A DNA stretch of 50,976 nucleotides from Girardia tigrina. Its lineage: Eukaryota. Each line of letters begins with the position of its first letter. The stretch's first letter is position 1. The stretch covers positions 59,145 to 110,120 of the forward strand of contig MQRK01212308.1 in NCBI GenBank assembly GCA_001938485.1. The letters run 5' to 3'. Below the pieces are notes generated by a model, which was not told the origin of the DNA, did not search any database, and saw only the letters and a program-made list of their open reading frames with translations. Position numbers and translations under genes: made by a program. Shown here piece by piece: positions 37,421 to 50,170 of this stretch.

Positions 37421-37446
37421 CAGGGCTGCGGAGTCGGAGTCGGAGT
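37421..37446 (+). mobile_element. Isolated hAT-type terminus
   Basis: CAGGGCTGCGGAGTCGGAGTCGGAGT, a hAT end with GGAGTC repeats; no partner end found. Confidence 0.5.
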
Positions 37447-38016
37447 TTAAGGAATTTTGAAGAAGTTTTTTTTAAGAAGAATATAATTATATAGGTAGAA
37501 GAAATAGAAGAGGGGTACGAAGAATCCCACTATTCCCATAGAAATGTGGAGTGTACGAACAAGACAAGAATTTGGACTGCCTCGCACATACAACCAGCTT
37601 GAAAGCTGACATAATGCCTTCCAAGGGTCAATCGAAAGGTTGCACCCATCCATTTATAGATTTATTGAGGCAATGCAAAGAGAAGAATCTCTTCAACAAG
37701 TAACTTACATCCAAATTTTACAAGGCAGAGATGTAGTTCAAAAAATGAAAAAATATGCAGCCATGAATAAAAGAATTACTGTAGTACAACTAAATCAAAA
37801 TCAATACAATTTACTAGAGTTCTTACAAGCCATTGCATATAACTTGGAAATAAATGTTTCTTAATTGTTAAGCTTTTTTATTTATAATTGCATTTTTATA
37901 ATTATTGCTATTTTGATTGTCACTATTTTGAGTGTCGCTATTTTGAATGTGTCGCTATTTTGATGTCGCTATTTTGATTGTCGCTATTTTGACTATCGCT
38001 ATTTTGAATGCGAGCC
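37447..38016 (+). mobile_element. MULE 3' half (transposase C-terminus plus subterminal repeat array)
   Basis: YIGRR..PLFPIEMWSV..LPRTYNQLES*HN..HPSIYRFI..LEFLQAIAYN, followed by about 7 GTCGCTATTTTGA repeats. Confidence 0.85.
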
Positions 38017-38039
38017 ATTAAATTGATATATCTATAAAT

Positions 38040-39290
38040 GGATAACAACGATAATACGAAATAAATTAAGAAACGAACGGTAAACCAATGGAAATCATAT
38101 GAAGGAGTTGGTTATAATGATTAAATTCGAATATGGATTCAGAGAGATAAAAGTATAACAAGGTGACGACGACATATACTTATTGTTGCCAAAATGCTGG
38201 ATGTACGAAGAAAATGAGGAAGATTGTTAGTCTACCAGATTCCGTTTTAATACAAAATAATTTTGAAGATGGATATGAATGTATATTCGATGACTTACTA
38301 GCGGCTAAAAATCAATTTGTTGAAAATATCAAAGAAATATACGCTTTAAACATCACAAAACCAAAGGAAATACAAAAAACTCTTAAAATAAATCATAATG
38401 ATAAAGGAAATTTTCCAAAAATTATTTATGTTAAAGAAAAAATCGAATAAGGTGTAAAAAATTCAGCTAATCAATTTTATTTTAAGGATATTGAGAAACA
38501 ATGTCGTGTAACAAAAACCAAAAGTTCTAATTTTATTTATAGTCTAAATGTGGATAATAAAACAGTCATGATGACCGAAGAAAACCTAATAAACAATTTG
38601 GTAAGTGCAAATTTTTTACACGTGGATTTTACATTTAAGGTATCTTTTCCAGATTGGCCGCTTTTGGTGTTTGGATATAATGATAATGAGAGACCTTTTT
38701 ATCCAATTTTATTTACCTTAACAGAGAAAGAAACATCAGTTGTCGTCCAAAAATGCTACAACTTTATTTTAAGCTGCTGTGAAACCCAAAAAATACATTT
38801 AAGCCCGAATCCATTACATCTGATCCATTGAAACGATTTGAAATTTTGATCTCATTTGATTTGATAGAGCTGGACTGTTTTTTTCATGTAGTAAACTGTT
38901 AAAGACAGAAATTTCAAAATTGGGGACTATACAAACGCAATTTTTGATGACATATTTTTTACAGGCAATTTCTTCACCCTATCTATTTGAAGTTAGTACC
39001 AGCATATTTAATCAAAAATACTCAAATATACCTTCATGCATAGAAATTATTAAAAATTTCAACGATAAAAGAATAAAGAAAAATAAAAATTGATATGAGG
39101 GTGCATATAATTTTGCTCCGTCAACAAATAATGCATTGGAATCTTTAATAACGTAATAAAAATGGTGTATTTAAGAGGAAGAACAATACAAATGCTTAAG
39201 TTTATTGACACTACTAATGATATTCTACAAAATTACCCAACTAAGAAACCAGCCTGTACTTTATTTTATGAAAAAAAATGTGAATTAACT
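38040..39290 (+). mobile_element. Degenerate MULE transposase of a different clade
   Basis: LHVDFTFK..WPLLVFG..F.P..F.L..KE, DCFFHV and *YEGAYNFAPSTNNALES across stops and frameshifts. Confidence 0.75.
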
Positions 39291-40570
39291 GACATCTATC
39301 TTGACTATTATAAAAACTAAGCCCATCAATATCAAATTTATAGTTTTTCGGCTCGTGAAAATAAATTTGTCGATAGAAAAAATAAACTATTCGACTCTTT
39401 TTGATGCTAAAAGCATAAATAAACTTAAAAATCTGTATTCCAGGTGTTTTGTGAGTTATGAAATTTTAATGAAGAGGGTGAAAAAAGCTGAGAGAGTTCG
39501 AAGTCTCCTACCCACAGAACTTCATTATTATATTCTACCCGTTGCTTCAGTATTAATTCTTGAATTCATCTGAAAAATCAAACCTCAATGAACCAATTGC
39601 GTCCAAATATCCTCAAAAGATAAAAGAAACGAAACAGGTGTAAATTCTTAGATGTTACCAACAATAGATACTCATATGAAAGATAAAGAGATCGAGGACA
39701 CGAAGCGAAAATTTTAGTCTGAGAATCATCCGTGGATGTTACAGAATGATCCTAATAAAAACTAAATGGTCTCTATCTGGCAGCATCAATGCTCAATACT
39801 CTTCAGCCACGATTCGATGACCCTTGTTCAAGATTCTAAACGCAAATTCCATTCTCAAACAGTACTTTCTTTCTTTCCAATCACATATTGAAAATAATAA
39901 ACCAACTGGGACACAATCCCCCGGACAATAAACCGTTGATAGATGATGGACAAATAAACTTTCATCAATCAGTCAATGATGACAACTCTGTTCATTTATA
40001 TAATAAATTAAACGAAAAGAAAGAATATTATGAACAATCTGAATGAATCTAACCACTAATAATGAATCAACCACCAATAACAACATTCATACAAATACAA
40101 ATAGAAATTCATCCAACAGTAAGATAAAGATTTATCCAAATATGCGACTTATTCAATGAATCCAGTTTCGTTTAAACGTCTGATCTTAACTCTATCTGTT
40201 GTCAATTTTTTGTATGGATTTATTGTGGAAATGTAACTGATACCTTTGCATCATAAATATATCATAGATTTAGTAAAAAAAGTTAAAAAAATAATAAATA
40301 AAAAAATGGTAATTTTGCCAAAATAACAAAAAAATTAAAAATAAACTATGGTTAAAAATGTTTGTGTGACTTGGCCTTTTCTGATTGACCGAGAAATTTT
40401 GTTGTATGAAATCGATTGAATTACTGTTTTGAATGTTTTGGGAATCGATTTTTTTAGCACGTGATATTGTTTGTTTAAATTAATCATTGAAAATAAAATG
40501 TTTTTGGCGCGAAACCTTTTTTTTGATTTGAGTTTTGAATTAGCCATTATTTTTTTGGTGTAATGTGAAA

Positions 40571-43500
40571 ATGAGTGGTTATCGAATGTCTGAAGATTTA
40601 AAAAATAAAGTCTACGAGGCTTTACAGTCGGGAAAAATCAGGGCCTTTTTTAACATATTGACTGCGGGGCATTTTTCTTTAAATCGATTTTTAAAACTAC
40701 CTTTCTATTTTTTGTGATCATAACCTGATGCTTTTGAAACAACAGAAGATATAAACTTTGCTGTTATAACAGCAGATTCAATCACAAATACACACATTTG
40801 CTCCTTCGCAACAGAAAAATCCACTATCAGCACTTCTCGCAATATGGTACAAACACAGAAAAGGGAATATAAAATGGTAAGTAGAAAATAGTAATGACTG
40901 CTTTGAAGCATATGTGTTAGCACATGCTGTAGGGAAGTGTAAAACACAATATGTGAAATGTAGAGCATGGGATAAGTTTGTGAATGCAGCTTACAAGATT
41001 GCTCATATTGCACTGTTTACTTGGCTTATGGCTGCCGTGTAGATACAACTGTAAAACGTTGCCATAGATCACCTTGACTCAATCTTCCATAAGGCAGCAG
41101 TGTGATATGTAGATTTAGAATTACAGTGGAAAATTAAGTCTTCTCATCACCCTTGGGTGAAATGCTAGTGAAAGTACCGTGCGGAAGTTGTGGAGTTTCT
41201 TATCCCACTGGCCGAGGACATTTATAATGACAGTCTGATAAGCACTATTTTTTCCAACAGCTTGCCCTCAAGGTATCTAACTAAAGTAAACAGGTCCAAA
41301 ATTATTAACATTCTTCGCGAGAATGAAGTTATTGCGGGACGGGTCGTTGTGTGTAACCGCATTCGCAATACTGTTGACTTGATCGAGTTCAACGCATTCG
41401 TTAGCTTCCAGATGACCAGCATCTAAATCGTACAACCAATTACACTATAACAGTTGATGTTTAATCTGACTTGTCTCAGATGTAATTTTAATCTACGTAA
41501 CAGTCGATTTATTCAATCGCCGGGTCGATCACTCTGTCTCGACAGTCTTTTCTTTGTAGTATTAAATGAGAATGATAATTTTTGATAAACGTTTATTTAT
41601 ACACGATGTAGCATCAAATTGATCCTCCATTTTTTATGAATTTTAATTTTTTTATTAATTGTTTATGTAGTTTTAGATTGTTAATAATATATTAATTTAG
41701 TTTTGGAATTTTAAATAATACTTTTAATGTTGGGGAGTTTGTGTATACGACAGAAATGAATTGAAGGAATTTCAACCTTCCTCATTGACATTACATTACA
41801 AAGACCAAAACTGCTATCGAGAAATTATACTCATAGAAGTTCAGAAGGAATGAGTTACCTGTGTAGTTTACGTAGTACAAGTTGATAGCAGCGTCAATCT
41901 GCAAATGGTGGATTACAGGTAAGTCTCTGCAAGAATAGTAACAAAAGAGCGGGAAGTAAAGAACGTCTTCAAAGTTTTCAACGAACCTCAACAGATTGGA
42001 GCCCTTGGACTGCTGTAAGTCACTCAGCATGCCACTAAGACATTGGTTGCACCAACTTTCGAGCTGATTGGTGTTACAACAAATGGCGAAAGCGCTAATA
42101 CAGGATTAACAAGGGAGCTCTGGAAGCTTATGAAGAACTGGTTACATCGTGTTCTATTGGCGCTCTGGTGTTCTGTTCACAAAAGTGACCTAGCTTTTAA
42201 AAACACTATAGAAAGAGTTTTGTAGCTGCGTATCTGGATTAAAAATGCCAAGTATTTAGCTACCTTCTTTAGGAATTCTAAAAAGACAGCTAAAATCCTG
42301 CATCAATTTCAACCAACGGTGATTCATTTCCATGCTCATTACGAAATTCGATTTGCGGAGCATATAGTCAACCTTTTAACGGCCATTCTTCATAAACTTT
42401 ACGTCTGCAAGGAAGTTTCCAAGTTTTCAGAAATGTAAGGCAAATCGAAAAGAGAGAGAGCAAGAGCAGGGGGATATTGAAGACATGGCCATTTGAATCG
42501 CATTAAATTTCGCTTAACGGTCTCATAGTTGATGTATTGAAAATATTTCCTTATTTTCAAAAGCAGCTACAGTGTGACAACATGATTTTATCAGAGATAA
42601 TAAGCAATAGAGATTCGGCACTTCGTAAATTAGACATTATATCCAGGGCCTCATATCATGGTGGAGAGGAAAAGAAACTACAGTCCCAGGAAACAGAGAC
42701 TCATTTTAGAGCTGTTAACACGAATTTGCCAACTATAAGAAATCATGATGTGGTGCGCCTCAAAATTGAATAATCAGCACAGAATTATCTTGGAGAGCCG
42801 TTTAATGTGAAATAAGAAGTTGTCCAAGGTACATTAACTCTTTTGCAAACAACAGAACTCGAAACACTTATCAATGCAGGAGTGAAAATATCATGACATT
42901 TGTTTTCATAAGAAATCCAACGCTTTGCAGATGATTGTGTTAAGCAATGGCCTTTAAATATTTTACCCTAATTGAAGTGGAAAACCTTTCTACAGCGCTG
43001 CAGTTGCGTACTTTTGAAAGTAATATCGTCTTCGGTAACACTCACTCTTAACAACATTCTTCCTGACAGGCTTATTTCTTTATGCAACTTGAGAGCTTCA
43101 GCCCATCGGACGTGCACCTCAGCAGCGACAGACAAATCTCGTATGATGATGGCAATGAATTGAAAGGGGAACTATCAATTTGATCCTCGCAGTACTGTGA
43201 TAGAATTATGTTGAGTGAAAGAAAGACGAGAAAGAAACCCAATGCTGGATATGTATTCAGAAAACGACTTTTTTGCCAATTCTATTTTTAAAAGTACCAT
43301 GTATGGAAGTGTTATGTAATATAACTCGTGTTGAACTGATCGTAAAATGTTATGGGTCAAGTGACTTGAGTATTTCCTTTTTTTTAAATCTAAGAACACT
43401 TGATAGAAAAAACTGTTTGGAAGAGGGAAATTCATTATAAAAATCAAGGTAAAATAACTATTTTCATCCAAAATAAAAAGTTACCATATTTCGGCACATG

Positions 43501-43655
43501 ACCATTCCAGATTGCTTGTGCCCCCCCCAGTGAAGATTTCTTAAAAGAAGTCCTGGGAAAAAGTCATGAAGCTATGAAATATTATTCGGATGCTATTGAA
43601 ATTGATTTCGCTCTTTCTGATGCTGAAGAATGCATTAAATTGAAATCTGATTGGG
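40571..43655 (+). pseudogene. STIP1/HOP-like TPR1 fragment (40571-40638 joined to 43564-43655), split by a hAT element
   Basis: Removing the hAT and one TSD gives MSGYRMSEDLKNKVYEALQSGKSHEAMKYYSDAIEID/FALSDAEECIKLKSDW. This resembles STIP1 ELKEKGNKAL..DALQCYSEAIKLD..LKPDW with a ~20-aa deletion. Confidence 0.65.
40639..43555 (+). mobile_element. hAT DNA transposon with a degenerate transposase
   Basis: TIR CAGGGCCTTTTTTAA/CAGGACTTCTTTTAA; 8-bp TSD GGAAAAAT/GGAAAAAG; GVTTNGESANTG..LW..LWCSVHKSDLA (DG..N.G, CxxH) at 42043-42225. Confidence 0.85.
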
Positions 43656-44325
43656 ATTTACAACTAGATGTGAGTACGTTTTAAAATTTTCTAAACGTTT
43701 AAACGGTCTTCATTTAGCAAATTAAACGTTTAAAAAACGTTTAAACAATCTCTAATTTCATTGATAGACGTGGGCACTTTTATAATTTTTTAAACTTTTA
43801 AACGGTCTTCGTTTAGCAAATTAAACGTTTCTTTATTAAAACAGTATGTATCATATACTTCTTTCCAACAATCTAATTCGCAATCTGTGATAGGGGTATC
43901 ATCCAACATTCAATCATTACACACACAATCACATACACCAACATTTTTTACTTTTTAATGAAGGACACTGATCACCTCTCCTTATGATTATGCATCCTCG
44001 TTTTCCTGGTCTTTGTCAAATGCCTGTCTATAATCTGTAAGCATTCCTTGCCTAGAGTTTCCTTCATTTGGTCTTGTTTCGAATTTTTTGATTGCTGATG
44101 AAGTCATGAATATCTTCACCATTCATCTGTTATTCAAATTCAAAGAAGACAAATGCATTGGTTGGAAAATATCGAAAGAAAGAATCACAAACCTAATATG
44201 TAGCAACATGACCGACAATAATTTGCTGTTAACTGCAAGTCACTATACATTAAATTTTTTTATTCGGTATTATTCACGTAATAATTTAATTGTTTGCTGT
44301 TGTATGAAGTGGTGATACACTAATG

Positions 44326-44532
44326 CAGTGGTTTCCAATCTGTGAAGTGCCCCCAAGGGGGCACGAGACTGTTGCGAGGGGGGCATGCAGCTGTTTCCAA
44401 AATATTATTTTTGAATACATCCAAAAAAATCGAATAGGTGTCACAAAAAATGAATCAACAATTTTTTTAAAGGGGGGCGCACCAATTTTTTTTAAAAGGG
44501 GGGCACCGGTACAAAAAGGTTGGAAACCACTG
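44326..44532. mobile_element. hAT MITE
   Basis: TIR CAGTGGTTTCCAA..TTGGAAACCACTG; TSD CACTAATG/CACTAATT. Confidence 0.9.
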
Positions 44533-46067
44533 CACTAATTTATAATACAACAAATTGAATAATAAATTTGAAATTTCATCAAATGAGGGTGGTTAAATAT
44601 AATAAAATTGATATTATATGTCGCTAACGGATTCTGTGGTTAATGATCAAAAAATTATATTTAAAATAAATATTTTTTAAAAAAATATCTACGCATGTGT
44701 ACTTGATGATATGGTAATTTAACACGAATAATCAATCAATTTTTTAAAGATTTTGTTTATTGTGATTATATTCCTCAATAATCTGGAGCTTATATAATTT
44801 TTTATTTTGAATTGGTAAATGTATTGATAAATTAGTATTTAAATACATTTTTAAATGAATAAGTTTGCAAAATTTCATGTCACATGCTATAAAAATTGCG
44901 GCAAATAATTACTGTATAACAGACCAAATGAGCTAAGGTACATAAAGCGCGGTAAATAAATATTCGTTATTTGAAAATTTAAGATAAATAATTTACTGAA
45001 ATTGATATTTTGTCTAAATATGTCGCTAATCTAAATGTCTATAATTAATGCTCGAAGAATCTATATTTAGAGTTAAATTATAAAATCCAAACTTGTATTT
45101 GATGAGATTTTAGTTCATCTCGAAAAATTATTATTTGACATTCTATTACTTGGAATACTATTTTCTTGACTACCATTTACTATGAATATCGATTTTATAC
45201 CTTTTATATTGTTCTAATTTTAGATTAATAAATAGTCAAATCAGTTTTAAGATTTTTTTGTATAACATATAAATACGCTAATTTATATTTAAGAGGTGAA
45301 AATAAACACTTACTAGTAAATATTTTACTAGTCATAGAAACACTCAATTAGAAATGTGATACTTTCATCACTATCGACACAAAATTATTACTATCTGTAC
45401 TAAAGGTGAGATTTGCTAAAAACAATATTTCGAGGAACATCCAAGGATATAACATTGCTTCAAATTGAAATTTGATTCAAGCATAAATATTCATAAAAGG
45501 GTTAGTGTCAGTGTGGTTGGTCATTATTGTTTGTCACTGTTTTGTCGTCTATGACGATGGTCCAACATTAATCTGCCAGATATCGAAACATTTGTTAAAT
45601 GTTATCCCATCGCGTTTAGCAGAAAGAGATAATGTGCTGCACTGACAATATTATGCATCACTATGAATAACTCACTACCATGTACGCCAATGTTGGTACT
45701 GTAGTCACTGTGATAGTCAATTATCCGTCCAGTTGGGGAGACTTCGAAACTATCATATACTTCAATAAAATAGTTCATAATTATTTATAAATTTTATCAT
45801 TATTTAATTTATATCATAATTAATTAGGGTAAACTATATTTATATAAAATTTTAAGATATCGAACAAGTCTTAGATGCTATTAAATTTATTTTTGGTATA
45901 GATTAAGATAATGTAGTTATTTATAGCCTGTTAGACATCTACTTGAAATTTAGAATTTGAAATTCAGTCTTAGAAAAAGGTAGGCGGGATTATCCACGAT
46001 TAGTTAATTTTTTTAATAAATGTTACCACTGTTAGGAATTAAAAAATGTTAGGAAAAATTTTGAAAG

Positions 46068-46203
46068 AAAGTTATATTAAATATGTATAAATTAAAATTT
46101 TTATATAATTAAATATGTAACATTCGATAAAATAAAGTTATATTAAATATGTACAAATTAAAATTTTTTATATAATTAAATATGTAACATTCGAAAAAAA
46201 TAA
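46068..46203. repeat. Tandem duplication of a ~67-bp unit
   Basis: aaagttatattaaatatgta.aaattaaaattttt..tatataattaaatatgtaacattcga occurs twice. Confidence 0.85.
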
Positions 46204-47714
46204 AATTACTAAAATTAAGATCAATTAAATTGCTAATAAAAATTTTTGAGAGTTTTAATATAATATAAAAAGTAAAAAAGTGTATAATTTTTATGTGAAA
46301 CGATTTTAAAAAAAAGTAATAAAATTAAATGAAAGGATTAAATATTTTAAAGTATTATCGTAATTATAGAAATAATAAAAAAAGCAAATATGAATAGTTA
46401 TATGTTTTTTTATCTATATCGGTTTAAGATTTATGAAATAAATAGTTTCTCAAAAAAAAATAAATTTGTTTAAATATTAGATTTAAACATTTTTTGTGGT
46501 ATAATAAAAGTTTTAATGTCTGATATTAATAATTCTGACGAGTTTCCAAGAACTACTAATAACCACAATCAAGAAAAATCAATATCTCCTATTTATACAC
46601 AATTGTCATCTCGAATTATAACAAAAAGCACTAAAAGACGCCCTTCAGTTACATTGAGATTTTTATTTTAGGCAGTCCTCATGAAAGGATAAACGTATTC
46701 TCCTTTTGATAGTAATAATAATAACAATAATAAATAGTTGACACACACACAGTTTGACGACCGCCATACCAAATTTTAAGTGTCTCTCAAACTGCCATTC
46801 AAATCACTAAAATGATAAAAATAAAGCATGTAAACAAATGATAAATATTTGTATTAAACAAATTGTATAAAAATAAACAATTTTCGATATGAAAATTATA
46901 ATATATTATAAATAATTGATGATATATTTATAAAAATGTTATTTAAATTTATCAATCGATTATTTAATCGAAATATATTTATTTTAAATAATTATCATTT
47001 ATTTTTTTAGTTGGTAAAACTTTTTCGTTTATTATTGAAAAAAAATTATATTTTTTTGTCATTTTCTCAAAATTTATAATATTTACGATTAATTAATTCA
47101 TAACTTATTGTATAGAAATAGATGTAAATTTATTTTCATATATCATTTAATAAATTCAGATAAATGCATTTTAATCATTCTGTTTTAGACATTGGTTCTT
47201 GTTTTTTTGAATCGTAATGCTATTTTTTGATGACATGGTTTCTGACGGAATCGTATGACCTTGATGTAACAAGCCTTCGCCGACTGAATGGATAACTGAG
47301 TATCGTAAGGACTACTGTTACAGCATAGGCATACCGAGTGTTAGAGTAAATCTGTTGACTTTTAATTCTAATTATTGAAAATTCGAAATACGAACTTAAG
47401 AAATATATGCCCGTTTATAAATTGCTAGACGTTTAAAAGTCTTAAAAATCGAAAACGTTTAAACGCGAAATATGCCCACCTCTAGTCCCACGAAAAAGCT
47501 AAATAGATTGGGACAATGTGTTCTTTACCAATGAATGGGCCTAAGGCAGCCTGATTAAAGTTTCAAAAAAAGTATAACTCATGTTGTGAGTTTTGAAATA
47601 CAAACTTAATAATTATACGCTCGTTTAGAAATCGCTAAACATTTAAACGTCCTAAAAAACGAAAACATTTAAACGGTCGTTTAAACGCTAAACGTGCTCC
47701 CCTCTATTTACAAC

Positions 47715-48400
47715 GAAAATGAATCTTGAAACAGAAAAAAACGAACTAAATACACAGACTCATATATTACTGTGATATCTATAGGCGGAAAAAGGGTATC
47801 ACTATATGTAGAATAAAGTTGACATGGAAGAAGAATATAAAACTGTAAACGAAGTAATTTGGGAGTGCCTAGAATACCAATACATGAAAACTGATACGGT
47901 TGAAAACTTAAAAAGAACTAATCAATCTAATAACATCAGGACCCTTCGAGAAAATGTATATCCGTATCTGTGACCCATGGCAAGGTAAAACGATAAAACG
48001 GCGATAAAACGACAGGATAAGTCGACAATAGTGTTTGCAATTCAGAGTTTAGTGCACTTACGAAAATACATGTGAACTGCGTGAAGAGTTTCGAATCACT
48101 AAGAATACAAGAACTGATTAAAAAACAGGGTATCCAGCTGGTATTCTCAAGTACAAATTGTATGATTGAGAGAAAGTTCCGCACAATATGTGAGTACATT
48201 CAGGCTAGTCTAAAAGAAAGAGGTGACACGTGTCTGGCGAAGATACTTCCAGAAGTGAAATTCGTAATAAACGCAACAAGACAGGAAACAATTGTCAGGA
48301 GGCCTGCTGAAGTGTGATATCTGGAAAAAATTGAAATGCAAAAGTGCTATAATTTCAGAATAAAACCAACAGAAGATAAAAGGAAGTATGCCTATGAACA
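47715..48400 (+). mobile_element. Decayed Gypsy integrase fragment
   Basis: KIHVNCVKSFES..IERKFRTICEYI..LPEVKFVINAT.Q.TI, homologous to integrase 10304-11161. Confidence 0.8.
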
Positions 48401-48409
48401 ACATTATTA

Positions 48410-49870
48410 TGATTTTTCGAAATTTTGTTACTATTACAAGTAACTTGTCATTACAACTATTCTTCAAATTACTTTCACTATTCGACATTTTGATAATATT
48501 TTATCAATAATCTGTCTCCAACTTCAAAAAGTCTTCTTGTTTCTTCATTTTGTTCGACATTAACTTGGTTTCCGTTATCTTTTTTATTGTTCTTCAACCA
48601 ATATCTTTATTTCCTTGAAAATATTATTTCAGCCAGTGAAACAGCAGTTGTAGCTTGCCCTCTACTATTTAACATAAATTCTATATCCGACAAACGTCTG
48701 TCCAATCTCGGTGGTCTCCGTCCTTCATTCTAATATTTATAGCATCTCTGATTGTTCGAAATTGTCTTTCCACTATCCCATTTGTATTATGATGATATGG
48801 ACTTCAATAGATTATCTCGACTTTGAACCTTTTAGCTGTATCTTTGTACAAAGCCGATTCAAATTTCTTTCCTCAATCAACATGGATTTCATTTGGAGGT
48901 CCAAATCTGTCCAATATCACTCTACGAACTGTTTTTTCATCTTGACTAGCAACTGCATTCAGGCTAATATATCTACGGAATTGGTCTACTATTGCAAGTA
49001 CGTATTGATATCCGTTTATGTTTCTTTTGAATGGTTTACAGAAGTCCATATATATTTTCTAGAAAGGTTCTTCTGCCGACAACTTTATATGTTTTTCTTT
49101 CGTTGTTGCTGTCAATGTCTTTCTTTTGTGACAATTTAAAATACTCTGGAAAATTCCTTTGAAAAAATTCCTCATATTTTCCATGTCGAAATCGTCTCGA
49201 AGATAGTTAGAAACATTTTTACTATCTGCATGGCACATCAGTTTGTGCATCTCTTCAATAAAATCTGTTCGTTTTGTTTTTGGGATCTAATATTTATTAT
49301 CTTGAGTTTTTTAATGCCAATTTTCTCGTTTTTCCTTTTCCGATATTCTCTATTATTTGTTTTATTTCGTTATTATTCTTTTGCCATTTAAAACTATCTG
49401 ACTTTTGGTTCCAAGTAAAAATTCTCGTCTTAATCTTTCCTTTTTTTTAGCTTTTTCAAGCATCGTCTGACTCTGACTACACAATTCGCATGAATTTCTA
49501 GACATCGCGTCAGCATTCGAATGTTTCTTACCTTTTAGATATTCTATTTTCATATCAAGAACACTCAGAAAATATATCCACATTTGAAGCTGTGGTGCAA
49601 TAGGGTTTTTGTAGTTATCATAAAAGTAATAGCTCTATGATCCATTCCTAACAAAAATCTTTTTCCATACAAAAATGTTTAAATGTTGCGTGAAATAATA
49701 AATTGCAAGAAGTTCTTTTATAAAATAAGGTATGCCTAAATAGATGTCTAATTCAGTCTTTCTTTTAATTTTTGAAAAGCTTCATCACATTCTTTAGTCC
49801 AAATCAGTTTCCTATCCTTGCTCTTACCACATAAGCCTTCCAAAACTTTTGTATCAATCATTTAAGAAAC
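48410..49870 (-). mobile_element. Decayed Gypsy RNase H-integrase fragment
   Basis: DHRAITF..IEYLKGKKHSNADAMSRNSCELC, HKLMCH..AEEPF*KIYMD, and FGPPNEIHVD*GK. Confidence 0.85.
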
Positions 49871-49914
49871 TTTTTGGGTTTGACGAACTACTACAGGGAG
49901 ATCATAAAGGATTT

Positions 49915-50170
49915 TTTCTATGGAAAAAGATTTTTGTTATGAACGGGTCATAAAGCTATTACTTTTATGATAACTACATGTTGGGTTATGAAATTTTCTA
50001 ACCACATCAATCTTTGTTTTATCTATGACATAATATACCATTTTAGTTTTTGCAAAAGACAAAGAAAAAACATCCTCAATGAATACTTAACGTATTTGAG
50101 AAAATTAAAGAATCTGGATTGAGAATAAATCCAGAGAAATGTCAATTTCTAATAGAAAAGACTAAATTTT
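49915..50170 (+). mobile_element. Rearranged Gypsy RNase H and RT scraps
   Basis: 49920-49977 is an inverted copy of 49611-49668; then ILVFAK..KIKESGLRINPEKCQF. Confidence 0.65.

Larger units (their letters stand above)
43665..47706. mobile_element. 4-kb composite non-autonomous hAT (TAG...CTA ends) with nested inserts
   Basis: Perfect 8-bp TSD TTTACAAC; TAGATGTGAGTACGTTT / AAACGTGCTCCCCTCTA ends with AAACGTTTAAACG subterminal motifs; a second, inner pair of similar ends at 43765 and 47484. Confidence 0.75.

Noticed and set aside
46030-46540. Possible solo LTR starting TGTTAGGAATT
   Set aside because: The end is degenerate (CTGACG) and the flanks do not form a TSD.
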